NCBI GenBank assembly: GCA_964618905.1
Contig: CAZUDK010000001.1
Coordinates: 92,614 to 156,613, forward strand
Direction of reading: 5' to 3'
Source of the DNA: an uncultured Candidatus Saccharibacteria bacterium
Lineage (GTDB): Bacteria; Patescibacteriota; Minisyncoccia; Phycocordibacterales; Zambryskibacteraceae
Length of the DNA stretch: 64,000 bases
Shown: positions 45,587-55,148 of the stretch, one piece after another
How positions within the stretch are numbered: the stretch's first letter is position 1
Layout of the letters: each line of letters begins with the position of its first letter
The notes under the pieces: generated by a model
Told to the model about the DNA's origin: nothing
Databases searched by the model: none
The model's input: only the letters and a program-made list of their open reading frames with translations
Program-made: the position numbers and the translations under genes

Positions 45587-47749
45587 TTATTTCCCTCCCG
45601 TCCTTGCTTCTATGATTTCCTGCTCAACATTCTTAGGCACCACAGCATAGTGGTCGAATTCCATTGTTGCCGAACCTCGGCCTTCTGTCATCGAACGCAG
45701 GTTTGTTACATATCCGAACATTTCCGACAGCGGCACGAATGCCCTAACAACCTTAAGATCTCCTCTCTCTTCCATGGCCTCTATCTGACCTCTCTTACTG
45801 GACAAGTTGCCTGTTACATCACCCATGAACTTATCAGGGACAACTACTTCCACTTTCATAATAGGCTCGAGGAGCACAGGTTTTGCCTTCTTGGCTGCTT
45901 CTTGGAATGCCTGGCTGGCAGCTATCTTGTATGCAATCTCAGACGAGTCCACATCGTGATAAGAACCAAAGAGAAGTTCCGCAGAAATGCCTGTCATCTT
46001 GTATCCGGCAAGCACACCTCTATCCATAGCTTCTTTGATACCCTTTTCTACTGCAGGGATAAACTCCTGAGGAATAACACCTCCTTTGATCGAATCAATG
46101 AACTCGAAACCTTCTTCTCGATGCACGTTCTTCGGCACCTTTTCATCTGGATCATAGTCAGGAAGAGGTTTGATCTTGATCTTAACGTGTCCGTACTGAC
46201 CCTTACCTCCTGTCTGCTTAATGTATTTATTCTCGACTTCTGCTTCGCCTTGGATGGTTTCTTTATATGATACCTGAGGCTTGCCAACATTGGCTTCAAC
46301 AGCGAATTCTCGCTTGAGTCTGTCAACGATAATCTCCAAGTGGAGCTCACCCATACCCATAATGACAGTCTCTCCGGTCTCTGAATCTGTTTTGATCTTA
46401 AATGTTGGGTCTTCATCTGAAAGACGCTTGAGAGCCATACCCATTTTCTCTTGGTCAGCCTTGGTCTTAGGCTCAATACGAAGCGAGATAACCGGCTCAG
46501 GGAATGTGATTTGGTCAAGAATTATAGGATGATTCTCATCACAGAAAGTATGCGAGGTCTTAGCATCCTTGAGACCAACCGCAGCTGCAATCTCTCCGGC
46601 AAAAACCTTCTTAACTTCTTCTCTCTTATCTGCCTGCAGACGCACGATTCTTCCGAGACGCTCTTTCTCATCAAGAGTTGAGTTGTATATATAGGTACCG
46701 GACTCTACAGTACCGGAATAAACACGGAAGAAAGTGAGCTGACCGACAAACGGGTCAGACTGCAATTTAAATGCAAGAGCTGAGAAAGGTTCGCTGTCTG
46801 AAGCATGTCTTTCTATCTCCTCGCCTGTCCTTGGGTCGATGCCTTTTACAGGAGGCACATCAAGAGGACTCGGCAAAAAGTCCACCACCGCGTCGAGAAC
46901 CAGCTGCACGCCCTTGTTCTTGAGGGCGGAACCGGCAAACACGGGGAAAACATTATTAGCTATAACCGCCTTTCTGAGCGTTGCTTTAAGGTCTTCATAG
47001 CCTATTTCCTTGCCGTCGAGGTACTGATTCATCAGAGCTTCATCGTTTTCAACGATCTTTTCCACCAATTCAGCGCGATATTTTTCAACATCCGCCTTCA
47101 TGTTCTCCGGAATCTCCTTTTCCACTATCTTGTCGCCCATAGGGCCTTCAAAGTAGTAAGCCTTCATGCGCAAAAGATGCACCAAACCTTCATGCTTGTC
47201 TTCTTCGCCGATTGGCAAGGTCATTCTGACTGCATTCTTGGACAGTCGGTTTAAAATGCTCTGGAAAGAGCGCTCAAAAGATGCTCCGGTCCTGTCTATC
47301 TTGTTTATGAAGCAGATTCTTGGAACATGAGCTTCTTCAGCATATCTCCAGTTGGTTTCCGACTGAGGCTCCACTCCGGCAACTCCGTCAAAGACCACCA
47401 TGGCGCCGTCGAGCACCCTAAGAGAGCGCTTAACCTCAACTGTAAAGTCTATGTGACCTGGAGTGTCGATAATATTGAAACGATATTTATTCTCTTTCTT
47501 CAGCCTCTCGCCTTCTGGAATGTTTGTGGGTCCCCAAAAACATGTTACAGCAGCGGCTGTGATAGTAATGCCGCGCTCTTTCTCCTGCTCCATCCAGTCG
47601 GTGGTAGCTTCACCTTCATGCACCTCACCGATCTTGTGCTGAGAACCGGTATAGTAAAGCACGCGTTCAGACGTGGTGGTTTTACCCGCATCCACGTGGG
47701 CGACAATTCCAAAGTTTCTAATTCTTTCTAACGGATAGTCTCTCTCCAT
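45587..47749 (-). CDS. fusA: elongation factor G
   Basis: AHVDAGKTT, DTPGH, GMGELHLEI, YHDVDSS. Confidence 0.99.
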   Translation of the reverse strand: MERDYPLERIRNFGIVAHVDAGKTTTSERVLYYTGSQHKIGEVHEGEATTDWMEQEKERGITITAAAVTCFWGPTNIPEGERLKKENKYRFNIIDTPGHIDFTVEVKRSLRVLDGAMVVFDGVAGVEPQSETNWRYAEEAHVPRICFINKIDRTGASFERSFQSILNRLSKNAVRMTLPIGEEDKHEGLVHLLRMKAYYFEGPMGDKIVEKEIPENMKADVEKYRAELVEKIVENDEALMNQYLDGKEIGYEDLKATLRKAVIANNVFPVFAGSALKNKGVQLVLDAVVDFLPSPLDVPPVKGIDPRTGEEIERHASDSEPFSALAFKLQSDPFVGQLTFFRVYSGTVESGTYIYNSTLDEKERLGRIVRLQADKREEVKKVFAGEIAAAVGLKDAKTSHTFCDENHPIILDQITFPEPVISLRIEPKTKADQEKMGMALKRLSDEDPTFKIKTDSETGETVIMGMGELHLEIIVDRLKREFAVEANVGKPQVSYKETIQGEAEVENKYIKQTGGKGQYGHVKIKIKPLPDYDPDEKVPKNVHREEGFEFIDSIKGGVIPQEFIPAVEKGIKEAMDRGVLAGYKMTGISAELLFGSYHDVDSSEIAYKIAASQAFQEAAKKAKPVLLEPIMKVEVVVPDKFMGDVTGNLSSKRGQIEAMEERGDLKVVRAFVPLSEMFGYVTNLRSMTEGRGSATMEFDHYAVVPKNVEQEIIEARTGGK

Positions 47750-47905
47750 ATTTATAATTTTAAATAAAAATGAGCAGCAAAATTACTGCCAGATGGCATC
47801 ATAATACAGTAAAGCATAGAAAAAACAACAGCGCCCTAACCAGACACCACTTTCCCCTCTCGCACAACTTATATTTCCATTCTCAACCGTATACAATGTC
47901 GAGTC

Positions 47906-48475
47906 ATGAATCCTTTAATAAAAAATCATTTTAAGTTTTTACTTGTTTTTATTTTAATAATTACGTTTGCATTATTCCCTGTTCCTTTCAAATCTTCAGA
48001 CAAAGTAGCCGAAGCCGCCCAGACTGCTTCGCAGCCCATTTCATCCTATGATCCTCCGTTGTGGCTCTACATTCCTTCAATCAATCTCTCTTCATCTATA
48101 GAAGGCGTTGGCATAAACAATAAAGGCAACATGGATGTACCTTCCGGACGCACAAACAATGTTGGCTGGTACAAGTACGGGACGCTTCCTGGCGAAACTG
48201 GCACGGCAGTCCTCGATGCGCATAACACTGCAGCCTTTAAAAATCTTCACATGCTAAATCCAGGCAGCGACATATATGTAATCACCAAAGCCGGCAGAGT
48301 GCTGCACTTCACAGCTACCGAAACGAAGACATATCCGGTAGCCACCCTCTCCCGCTATACCCTCTTTGAAGATACGGATGCAAAGCAGATCAACCTCATA
48401 ACCTGCGCCGGCACCCTTCTCGGCAACGGCGAAGCCAGCCATCGCCTGATAGTGTCTGCACAACTGGCAGCATAA
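47906..48475 (+). CDS. class F sortase
   Basis: N-terminal TM, VGWY, PGETG.AVL.AH, LITC, conserved Arg. Confidence 0.88.
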   Translation: MNPLIKNHFKFLLVFILIITFALFPVPFKSSDKVAEAAQTASQPISSYDPPLWLYIPSINLSSSIEGVGINNKGNMDVPSGRTNNVGWYKYGTLPGETGTAVLDAHNTAAFKNLHMLNPGSDIYVITKAGRVLHFTATETKTYPVATLSRYTLFEDTDAKQINLITCAGTLLGNGEASHRLIVSAQLAA

Positions 48476-48518
48476 AAATACAACTCAAAGGTTCAATTTC
48501 CTAAGAAGCTCAAGGCAG

Positions 48519-48676
48519 AAATGAGCACAGCGAGAAAGCTGTATAAAAAATGAATTACGAGGCTCTTTTGCCGATACTCGAGACGCAAGTGAATTTGCGA
48601 CTAAGCTGTATAAAAAATACTGCGCAGGAGCAAATGAGCGCAGCAACGAAGAGTATCGGCAAAAGAGACCGTAATT
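48519..48676. repeat. composite inverted/direct repeat element after rpsG
   Basis: 17-bp IR at 48563-48579 and 48651-48667; 16-bp DR at 48536-48551 and 48603-48618. Confidence 0.7.
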
Positions 48677-49146
48677 TACCAGGCGAAGTGAGCGAAGGCT
48701 TTATTAGCCTCTGCCATCTTGTGAGTATTTTCCCTCTTCTTGATAGCTTCGCCTTCATTGTTTGAAGCAGCGACAATCTCTTCAGCTAGAAGTTCATACA
48801 TAGGCTTGCCGGTTTTAGCGCGAGCTGCATTGATGATCCATTTCATAGACAAATACTGTCTTCTCTCAGGTCTTACTTCGCGAGGGATCTGGTAGTTGGC
48901 ACCTCCAACTCTTCTTGAGCGAACTTCCATGGTTGGTCCTGTGTTCTTTAAAGCAAGCTCGAATACTTCAAGAGGATTCGGGTTTTTAGTTTTGTTCTTG
49001 ATCTCTTCAAGAGCCTGATAAACGATTTTCCTGGCAGTGGTTTTCTTGCCGCTTAGCATTACGTAGTTTATAAACTTCGTAACTTTCTCAGAATCATATG
49101 TAAAATCCGGTCGGATAGGAGGTTTTGCTTTAAGTTTTCTTCTCAT
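48676..49146 (-). CDS. rpsG: 30S ribosomal protein S7
   Basis: [28 protein letters not shown]. Confidence 0.98.
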   Translation of the reverse strand: MRRKLKAKPPIRPDFTYDSEKVTKFINYVMLSGKKTTARKIVYQALEEIKNKTKNPNPLEVFELALKNTGPTMEVRSRRVGGANYQIPREVRPERRQYLSMKWIINAARAKTGKPMYELLAEEIVAASNNEGEAIKKRENTHKMAEANKAFAHFAW

Positions 49147-49158
49147 ATCAAAATTTAA

Positions 49159-49569
49159 TTAAGCCTTAGGCTTTTTAGCACCATACTGGGAGCGGCCTTT
49201 CTTGCGCTTTTCTACGCCTGCAGCATCGAGCTTGCCTCTTACTACTGTATATCGGATACCAACATCCTTTACTCTACCGCCTCTAAGTAGCACCACCGAG
49301 TGCTCCTGCAAGTTGTGTCCCATGCCTGGAATATAACCTGTAACTTCCATACCGTTGGTCAAGCGGACTCTGGCGATCTTTCGGATAGCTGAGTTAGGCT
49401 TCTTAGGAGTCTTGGTCGTAACCTTTGTGGCTACGCCTCTTTTGAATGGAGAATTATAGAATACCGGCCTGTTCTTCAAAGTATTGAAACCGCGCGTCAA
49501 AGCAATCGCCTTGGACTTCTTAGCGACTTTCTTTCTCTTTTTCCTAACAAGCTGATTGATTGTGGACAT
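49159..49569 (-). CDS. rpsL: 30S ribosomal protein S12
   Basis: [24 protein letters not shown]; start moved to ATG at 49569. Confidence 0.98.
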   Translation of the reverse strand: MSTINQLVRKKRKKVAKKSKAIALTRGFNTLKNRPVFYNSPFKRGVATKVTTKTPKKPNSAIRKIARVRLTNGMEVTGYIPGMGHNLQEHSVVLLRGGRVKDVGIRYTVVRGKLDAAGVEKRKKGRSQYGAKKPKA

Positions 49570-49702
49570 ACACCCTAACAAATTTTGCCATTATCTTACC
49601 TACCCAAACTTTGCATTACTACAGCAAAATTTGAGAGGGTAAAAACTCTCCAAAACGGAGACACCTACTCTACTAAAGATTTCTATAAAACGCAAACCAG
49701 CC

Positions 49703-50323
49703 TTACATCAAAGGCATCCCTGAAATAAGCTCAAAGAAGTAAAAGACTATAGGAGCCACAAGCTGCCATACGAGAAAAATGAAAAGAATAACCAGAATTA
49801 GCCCGTATCTCTCGAAGAAATACCTCATTTTATACAGTTTCTCAGGGAAGAGAGCGAATAAGAGCTTTGAACCATCAAGCGGCGGAATCGGCATGAGGTT
49901 GAATACAGCCAGCAATATATTAATGAATATCACCAGCGAAGTTATTTCTATAAAAGCAGAACTGGCATATCCTCCTGAAACCGAGAGTCTCAAAATAATG
50001 CCGAAAATAAGAGCGATTGAAATGTTGGAGGCTGGGCCGGCTAAAGCCACAAGCGGTTCAGACCACCTGCCGGGTCGAAGATTGTGAGGATTATAAGGCA
50101 CAGGCTTGGCCCAGCCAAAGATGAATCCACCCATTACATAAGAGAGAGCAGGCACTAGAAAAGAGCCTACTGGGTCCAAATGGTTCAGAGGATTTAAGGT
50201 CAAACGGCCTTCATACTTGGCTGTCGGATCGCCGAGAGAGTTGGCAGCAAAGCCGTGCGAGACTTCGTGCACCACCACCGACATGATAAGAATGGCTATT
50301 TGAAAGATGAAATCTACTTGCAT
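49703..50323 (-). CDS. site-2 protease (peptidase M50)
   Basis: HEVSH, FNLMPIPPLDG. Confidence 0.93.
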   Translation of the reverse strand: MQVDFIFQIAILIMSVVVHEVSHGFAANSLGDPTAKYEGRLTLNPLNHLDPVGSFLVPALSYVMGGFIFGWAKPVPYNPHNLRPGRWSEPLVALAGPASNISIALIFGIILRLSVSGGYASSAFIEITSLVIFINILLAVFNLMPIPPLDGSKLLFALFPEKLYKMRYFFERYGLILVILFIFLVWQLVAPIVFYFFELISGMPLM

Positions 50324-50383
50324 TACAAGAATTATAACAAATATCGAGAAGAACGCCGCGCATTCGCGCGGCGTTCAGACTGC

Positions 50384-50854
50384 CTATAAGTGGTAAGAGG
50401 GATGAATTCCATCACAATAGTACTCATCAGATGGTTCTACCACCTTTTTCTGAGAATAGCTCTCGGCGGACCATCTATACCCGTAATCATCCGATATGAG
50501 AGGCAGAGCAATCTCCTTTCTTTCTCCGTCCGGATAAATAATTGCATATCTGAGCGGATAACCTTTTGCACTGTAGGCTGACTCCACCATGCAGGGGCGC
50601 TCTCTACTGCCGCAAGGGAATCCAAGCTCGCTGCAGTTTGCACATGGGCGAAATCCTGCATATCCAGTACATGGAAGCAGATCCCATGCCCGATCATAGG
50701 CTTCCTGAAGATTAAGAGACGGAGAGTACCTCCATTCTCCTAAAAGAAGATTGATTCTATCAACCCACCAATCCGGCTTCAGAGCAAAATGTTCAGGCAA
50801 AGCATGCATCATCTGCCTCCTTGTAAGAATGGTAAAAGCAATATCTGGACCCAT
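50384..50854 (-). CDS. hypothetical Cys-containing protein
   Basis: 156-aa ORF with its own hairpin at 50351-50376. Confidence 0.55.
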   Translation of the reverse strand: MGPDIAFTILTRRQMMHALPEHFALKPDWWVDRINLLLGEWRYSPSLNLQEAYDRAWDLLPCTGYAGFRPCANCSELGFPCGSRERPCMVESAYSAKGYPLRYAIIYPDGERKEIALPLISDDYGYRWSAESYSQKKVVEPSDEYYCDGIHPSYHL

Positions 50855-50905
50855 TCTGAGTCTTGCTTGTAATTAAATCAAGTTTAGGTTAGTCTATTGA
50901 ACATT

Positions 50906-51151
50906 ATGGCTAAGATTTGCCCGGTAACAAAAAAGACTTCACAGGTCGGAGGCGGCTATTCCAACAGGACTCGTGCCACCAAGTTCAACCCGACCGGCAC
51001 TAAGCGCAGGTATCCAAACCTGCAGAAGAAACGTGTCTATGTACCGGAGCTCAAGAAGACAATAACTCTTACCCTCTCGGCTCGAGGTATCAAGACGATC
51101 AACAAGCGTGGCGCTTACAAAACACTCAAAAAAGCAGGAGTCATAAAATAA
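50906..51151 (+). CDS. rpmB: 50S ribosomal protein L28
   Basis: MAKICPVTKK..G...S..TKRRYPNLQ, LSARGIKTI. Confidence 0.92.
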   Translation: MAKICPVTKKTSQVGGGYSNRTRATKFNPTGTKRRYPNLQKKRVYVPELKKTITLTLSARGIKTINKRGAYKTLKKAGVIK

Positions 51152-51254
51152 GCGCTAGAAACGGCTTCTGGCGCTTGTGTTTTCATATTGACAAATCTTA
51201 TTAGGAGGTGTATAGTAATAGATAGAAGCTCTATTACGCCTACCTTTTCACGTC

Positions 51255-51551
51255 ATGGAGGCTGAGATGGAGAGACATTCAATCTTCTGGGCAGTATCAT
51301 TTATCGGGACGTTGTTTGTCGCTGTTCTCATGCTCACTCTCGGCTTGTTTCTCTGGAACATGGGAGGGCTGTGGCTCTTGCCTTCAGTCATTCTCTCATG
51401 CGCAGGGACAGTGCTCGGTGCACTGTCCCTCAATCCCCTTCTGGCTATCCGGCAGGGGATAAAGAAAGACAGAGAAATTCTTGCTCAGCAGGAGAGAGCT
51501 GAGGAAGAATTTCTTCTTCCTCCCAGAGAGAGAATCCACGTTGTGGCCTAA
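51255..51551 (+). CDS. hypothetical 2-TM protein
   Basis: TTGACA promoter-like box upstream; terminator at 51557-51587; start may be 51267. Confidence 0.6.
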   Translation: MEAEMERHSIFWAVSFIGTLFVAVLMLTLGLFLWNMGGLWLLPSVILSCAGTVLGALSLNPLLAIRQGIKKDREILAQQERAEEEFLLPPRERIHVVA

Positions 51552-51585
51552 GGCCTGCGCGGTCCGACGTTTCGGACCGCGCTTT

Positions 51586-52449
51586 TTATTTCACTTTTAA
51601 TATTTCCCCGTCTGTTTCAAACACTATAGTTCCCTCTTCTGCCGTATTGAGTATTTTTGAACCCAGATTCTTCAGTCTCTTTATAACCTCCGGATGAGGA
51701 TGACCGTACCTATTGTTCTTGCCTGCTGATATTACTGCATATTCCGGAGTAACCGCATCAAGGAAGCTTTGCGAGCTTGAAGTCCGAGAGCCATGATGCC
51801 CGACCTTGAGCACATCCGTATCGAGCTCTCCGGCATTTATGCCAAGAAGTATATTTTCTGTCCGACGCTCGGCATCACCGGTCAAGAGAAAAGACTCGTC
51901 TTTAAAATCTAGCCGAGCTACTATGGAGGCATCATTGCTCTCTAGCCTAGAGACATCCTGATTTGGAAAAAGAATTGTTACCAAAGCTCCGCCGCCAAGA
52001 TCCATAATCATACCCCGCCGAGCTTGCAGGAGTGGTATACCCTTCTCCTCCAAACTTTTCTTTATGGAAGCGCCGGCATTATTCTCAGCTCTCTTGCCGG
52101 AATATACAAAAGCATCCACGTCATACCTGTCCAGCACGAAAGCAAGTCCACCTATATGGTCGGTGTCCGGATGAGTTGCCACCACTGCGTCTATCCTGCT
52201 GTCTCCGAAAGGCAGAGCTTTGCCGAGTTCAGACAGAACTTTGCGGCTGGGCCCGCCATCTATAAGCACTCTGCCGCCGCTCGGCGACTCTATCAGTATC
52301 GCGTCTCCCTGTCCGACATCGAGAAAACTAACTGTCAGATCAGATTGTCTTCCCGCATACACTGCTTGCCAAATAAAAGCATTCAGAATGAGAAGAGCAA
52401 GGATGAGATAAATCTTCCAATGAGACTTGAATGCTTCGACAAATTTCAT
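51586..52449 (-). CDS. ComEC/Rec2-type metallo-beta-lactamase domain protein
   Basis: FLDVGQGDA, THPDTDHIGG, LKVGHHGS, NRYGHPH. Confidence 0.92.
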   Translation of the reverse strand: MKFVEAFKSHWKIYLILALLILNAFIWQAVYAGRQSDLTVSFLDVGQGDAILIESPSGGRVLIDGGPSRKVLSELGKALPFGDSRIDAVVATHPDTDHIGGLAFVLDRYDVDAFVYSGKRAENNAGASIKKSLEEKGIPLLQARRGMIMDLGGGALVTILFPNQDVSRLESNDASIVARLDFKDESFLLTGDAERRTENILLGINAGELDTDVLKVGHHGSRTSSSQSFLDAVTPEYAVISAGKNNRYGHPHPEVIKRLKNLGSKILNTAEEGTIVFETDGEILKVK

Positions 52450-52548
52450 CGTCTAATTATACAGGTGATATAATGCAAATTACTTATCCTGTTAGGGTCT
52501 AATAGGATTTCAACTAGCATGAAATTTTATTAATTAAATTTTAAAAAC

Positions 52549-53151
52549 ATGAAAAAATTTGAAGAAAGAACATTTAATATTCCTGAACTTAAAGGCATAT
52601 CAGCCAAGAGTGTAGAAGATCATCTGAAACTGTATTCCGGCTATGTAAAGCACACCAACCTTATACAGACAATGATAGATCAATACAGCGGAGTGGATGC
52701 CGAGGATGGCAAATATTCCTTAGCAGAGATCACGCGACGCTTCTCCTTCGAGTTCGACGGCATGAGAAATCATGAATATTATTTCTCTCATTTTGAAGGC
52801 GGGTCGGCAGAACTTTCGGCAGACAGCCCCCTCATGAAAGCTATTGAGGAAGAGTGGGGCTCTTATGATGCATGGCTTACCAGATTTAAGACTGTTGCTT
52901 CCACACGCGGCGTCGGCTGGGCGATACTCTACTACGATCCGATGACAAAGAGACTCTTGAGCAACTGGAATGACGAGCAGCACCTCGGTCATTTGATTGG
53001 CCTCTCACCTGTTTTGACACTCGACATGTGGGAGCACTCCTTCGTTGCAGACTACGGACCTAGCGGCAAGAAGCAGTACATCGATGCCTTCTTTGACAAT
53101 CTCAATTGGCAGACATGCGAAGAGAATTATGCAGCCGCAGCACGAGAATAA
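52549..53151 (+). CDS. sod: Fe/Mn superoxide dismutase
   Basis: H..LY.GYV, NHEYYF, GVGWA, LDMWEHSF. Confidence 0.9.
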   Translation: MKKFEERTFNIPELKGISAKSVEDHLKLYSGYVKHTNLIQTMIDQYSGVDAEDGKYSLAEITRRFSFEFDGMRNHEYYFSHFEGGSAELSADSPLMKAIEEEWGSYDAWLTRFKTVASTRGVGWAILYYDPMTKRLLSNWNDEQHLGHLIGLSPVLTLDMWEHSFVADYGPSGKKQYIDAFFDNLNWQTCEENYAAAARE

Positions 53152-54682
53152 TCATCACCGCGTAAGAGATAACTGGCAGCCAGACAGGCAAGGGTGGCAT
53201 TTGTATTGAAGAGAGAGACAAATTACCTAAAACATGAGCCACGCCAAGTATCCAAGAGAGCAAGAGATAGACAGGAAACGCAAGAAGCAAGGAGAAAGAA
53301 GCAGGAAGTAAGAAATTAGATACAGCAGCTAGGAAGCCGGTAAGCATTGTAGCGGGAATAAGCAGAAGAATAAGAATATTTGCCGGCAATGATACTAACG
53401 ATACCTGTCCCATAGAATAAATCAGATAAGGCAGAACTACGATTTGAGTAGCTACGGTAGTAACTATCATCGTGCGCACACCCCACTTATCTTCCGATTG
53501 GCTAAGGATCTGCGGGATAAATGTTAGCCTTTGAAAATATTTTTCAATTAGCGGCACTGCATATATCAAGGCAAGAGTTGCAAGCAAGCTGAGCTGGAAA
53601 GAAGGATCAAAGACTAAAATTTTCGGATTCTCCAAGGTCATAAGAAAAGCAGCAGCAAGAAGCGCTCGCGGAGCAGAGTAGCTTCTGCCAAATAATTTAG
53701 CCGCAATAACAGCCAGGACCATGATGCTGGCGCGGACCACGGTAGCCTGAGCACCCGTCATCAGCACAAAGAAAATGATTCCCAAGATAGAAGCACCTGC
53801 GGCAAGAGATGGGCGCGCCCCCACTCTTCCTAGCAAAAACAAATTTTCGAACAGCTTCCGCATAAACTCCGAGATAATAGCGATGTTGTAGCCTGAGAGA
53901 ACTACTATGTGCACCACTCCAGCACGCCGAAACTCATCCACAATTGCTTTCGGCATAGCATCCTTACCGGCTACGACAAGCCCAGCCAAAAGAGATGCAT
54001 GCGGTTCAGGAAAAATATCTCTGATCTTTCCCACAAAACTTCTTTTAATACTAAGAAGTGCTCGCTTTAGAGGATTGCCGCCTCCACTTGAAAGCACTTT
54101 TGCATCTGCAAAGCTCAAAATAAAATAAATATCATCTTTCGCCAGATATTTGCTGTAATCAAAAGGTCTGCCTACTCCATCATCTATCAATCCAGGCTTC
54201 TCTAGCTCACCTTCAGCGAGAACAGCATCTCCATACGAAACATCCAGCGACAAATCTGCTTTCACTAAAACTTTTTCCATGCCTGCATCAACCACAAACT
54301 GCGTGTAACTGTCTTTGAACTCCGGCTCGGAAATCACCAAGCCTTCTATCTCCGCCTCCTCTCCAACTCTGCTTTGGAGATTCGGATCAATTATATGAAA
54401 ATCTTTTATGTCATAGCGCAAAACACCGAAAGAAAAAGAAGCAGCAGCCAAAACCAAAAGCAATACTTCCCTCCTCGGCAGCTTGCTTGAAACTTTCTCG
54501 GCAAAATAAATTCCAATGGCGATCAAAAAAATTAAAACCGCCGCAAGCGGCGGAATAAATACATATGAAGATACAAGTACAGCGGAAAAGAAAAACCATA
54601 TAAAAACAAAAATAAATTTCTCCCGTGCTAAATATTCATCGACCCTATCAAAGCTGGATCGGGTATTCGTTTCGCGGTCCAT
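53102..54682 (-). CDS. comEC: competence DNA-uptake channel ComEC (OB and competence domains)
   Basis: FDY..YL, HIVVLSGYNI, RASIM, SFQLS, ANIL; start moved to ATG at 54682. Confidence 0.92.
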   Translation of the reverse strand: MDRETNTRSSFDRVDEYLAREKFIFVFIWFFFSAVLVSSYVFIPPLAAVLIFLIAIGIYFAEKVSSKLPRREVLLLVLAAASFSFGVLRYDIKDFHIIDPNLQSRVGEEAEIEGLVISEPEFKDSYTQFVVDAGMEKVLVKADLSLDVSYGDAVLAEGELEKPGLIDDGVGRPFDYSKYLAKDDIYFILSFADAKVLSSGGGNPLKRALLSIKRSFVGKIRDIFPEPHASLLAGLVVAGKDAMPKAIVDEFRRAGVVHIVVLSGYNIAIISEFMRKLFENLFLLGRVGARPSLAAGASILGIIFFVLMTGAQATVVRASIMVLAVIAAKLFGRSYSAPRALLAAAFLMTLENPKILVFDPSFQLSLLATLALIYAVPLIEKYFQRLTFIPQILSQSEDKWGVRTMIVTTVATQIVVLPYLIYSMGQVSLVSLPANILILLLIPATMLTGFLAAVSNFLLPASFSLLLAFPVYLLLSWILGVAHVLGNLSLSSIQMPPLPVWLPVISYAVMIILVLRLHNSLRMSAN

Positions 54683-55139
54683 TGTATAAATCCGGAACCT
54701 TTCTGTCTGCAAACATTGTAGCGATCTGATCGCAGCGCTCGTTGGCTTCGTGCCCTGAGTGGCCGGCAACATATTTCCATTGAATGTTCTTACCTTCCGA
54801 AACCTTCAGAAGCTCTTGCCAGAGATCTTGATTGAGCACCGGCTTCTTTGCAGCAGTCTTCCAACCTCTTTTCTGCCAGCCTTCGATCCACTCTGTAATA
54901 CCTTTCATTACATACTCGGAATCTGTATAAATAACAGCTTCTTGGTTCTGGCTGCTAGCTTCTAGCTTAGATACAAACACCAGAACTTCTATAGCAGCAG
55001 TTAATTCCATCCTGTTATTGGTAGTGTGCTCTTCCCTGCCGCCAAGCTCTCGCACTTCCTGCTCTGTCGCCACTATCGCCCCCCAACCCCCTGGCCCGGG
55101 GTTACCTCTCGAAGAGCCGTCTGTATAGATTGTTATCAT
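54648..55139 (-). CDS. rnhA: ribonuclease HI
   Basis: YTDGSSRGNPGPGG, TTNNRMEL, TDS.YV, GHSG..NE.CD. Confidence 0.96.
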   Translation of the reverse strand: MITIYTDGSSRGNPGPGGWGAIVATEQEVRELGGREEHTTNNRMELTAAIEVLVFVSKLEASSQNQEAVIYTDSEYVMKGITEWIEGWQKRGWKTAAKKPVLNQDLWQELLKVSEGKNIQWKYVAGHSGHEANERCDQIATMFADRKVPDLYNGPRNEYPIQL

Positions 55140-55148
55140 TTGTTTTAT

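Noticed and set aside
43598-47731. Long antisense ORFs opposite tuf and fusA (also ftsH, recG, pgk)
   Set aside because: These are expected from codon bias of highly conserved genes and show no recognisable motifs.
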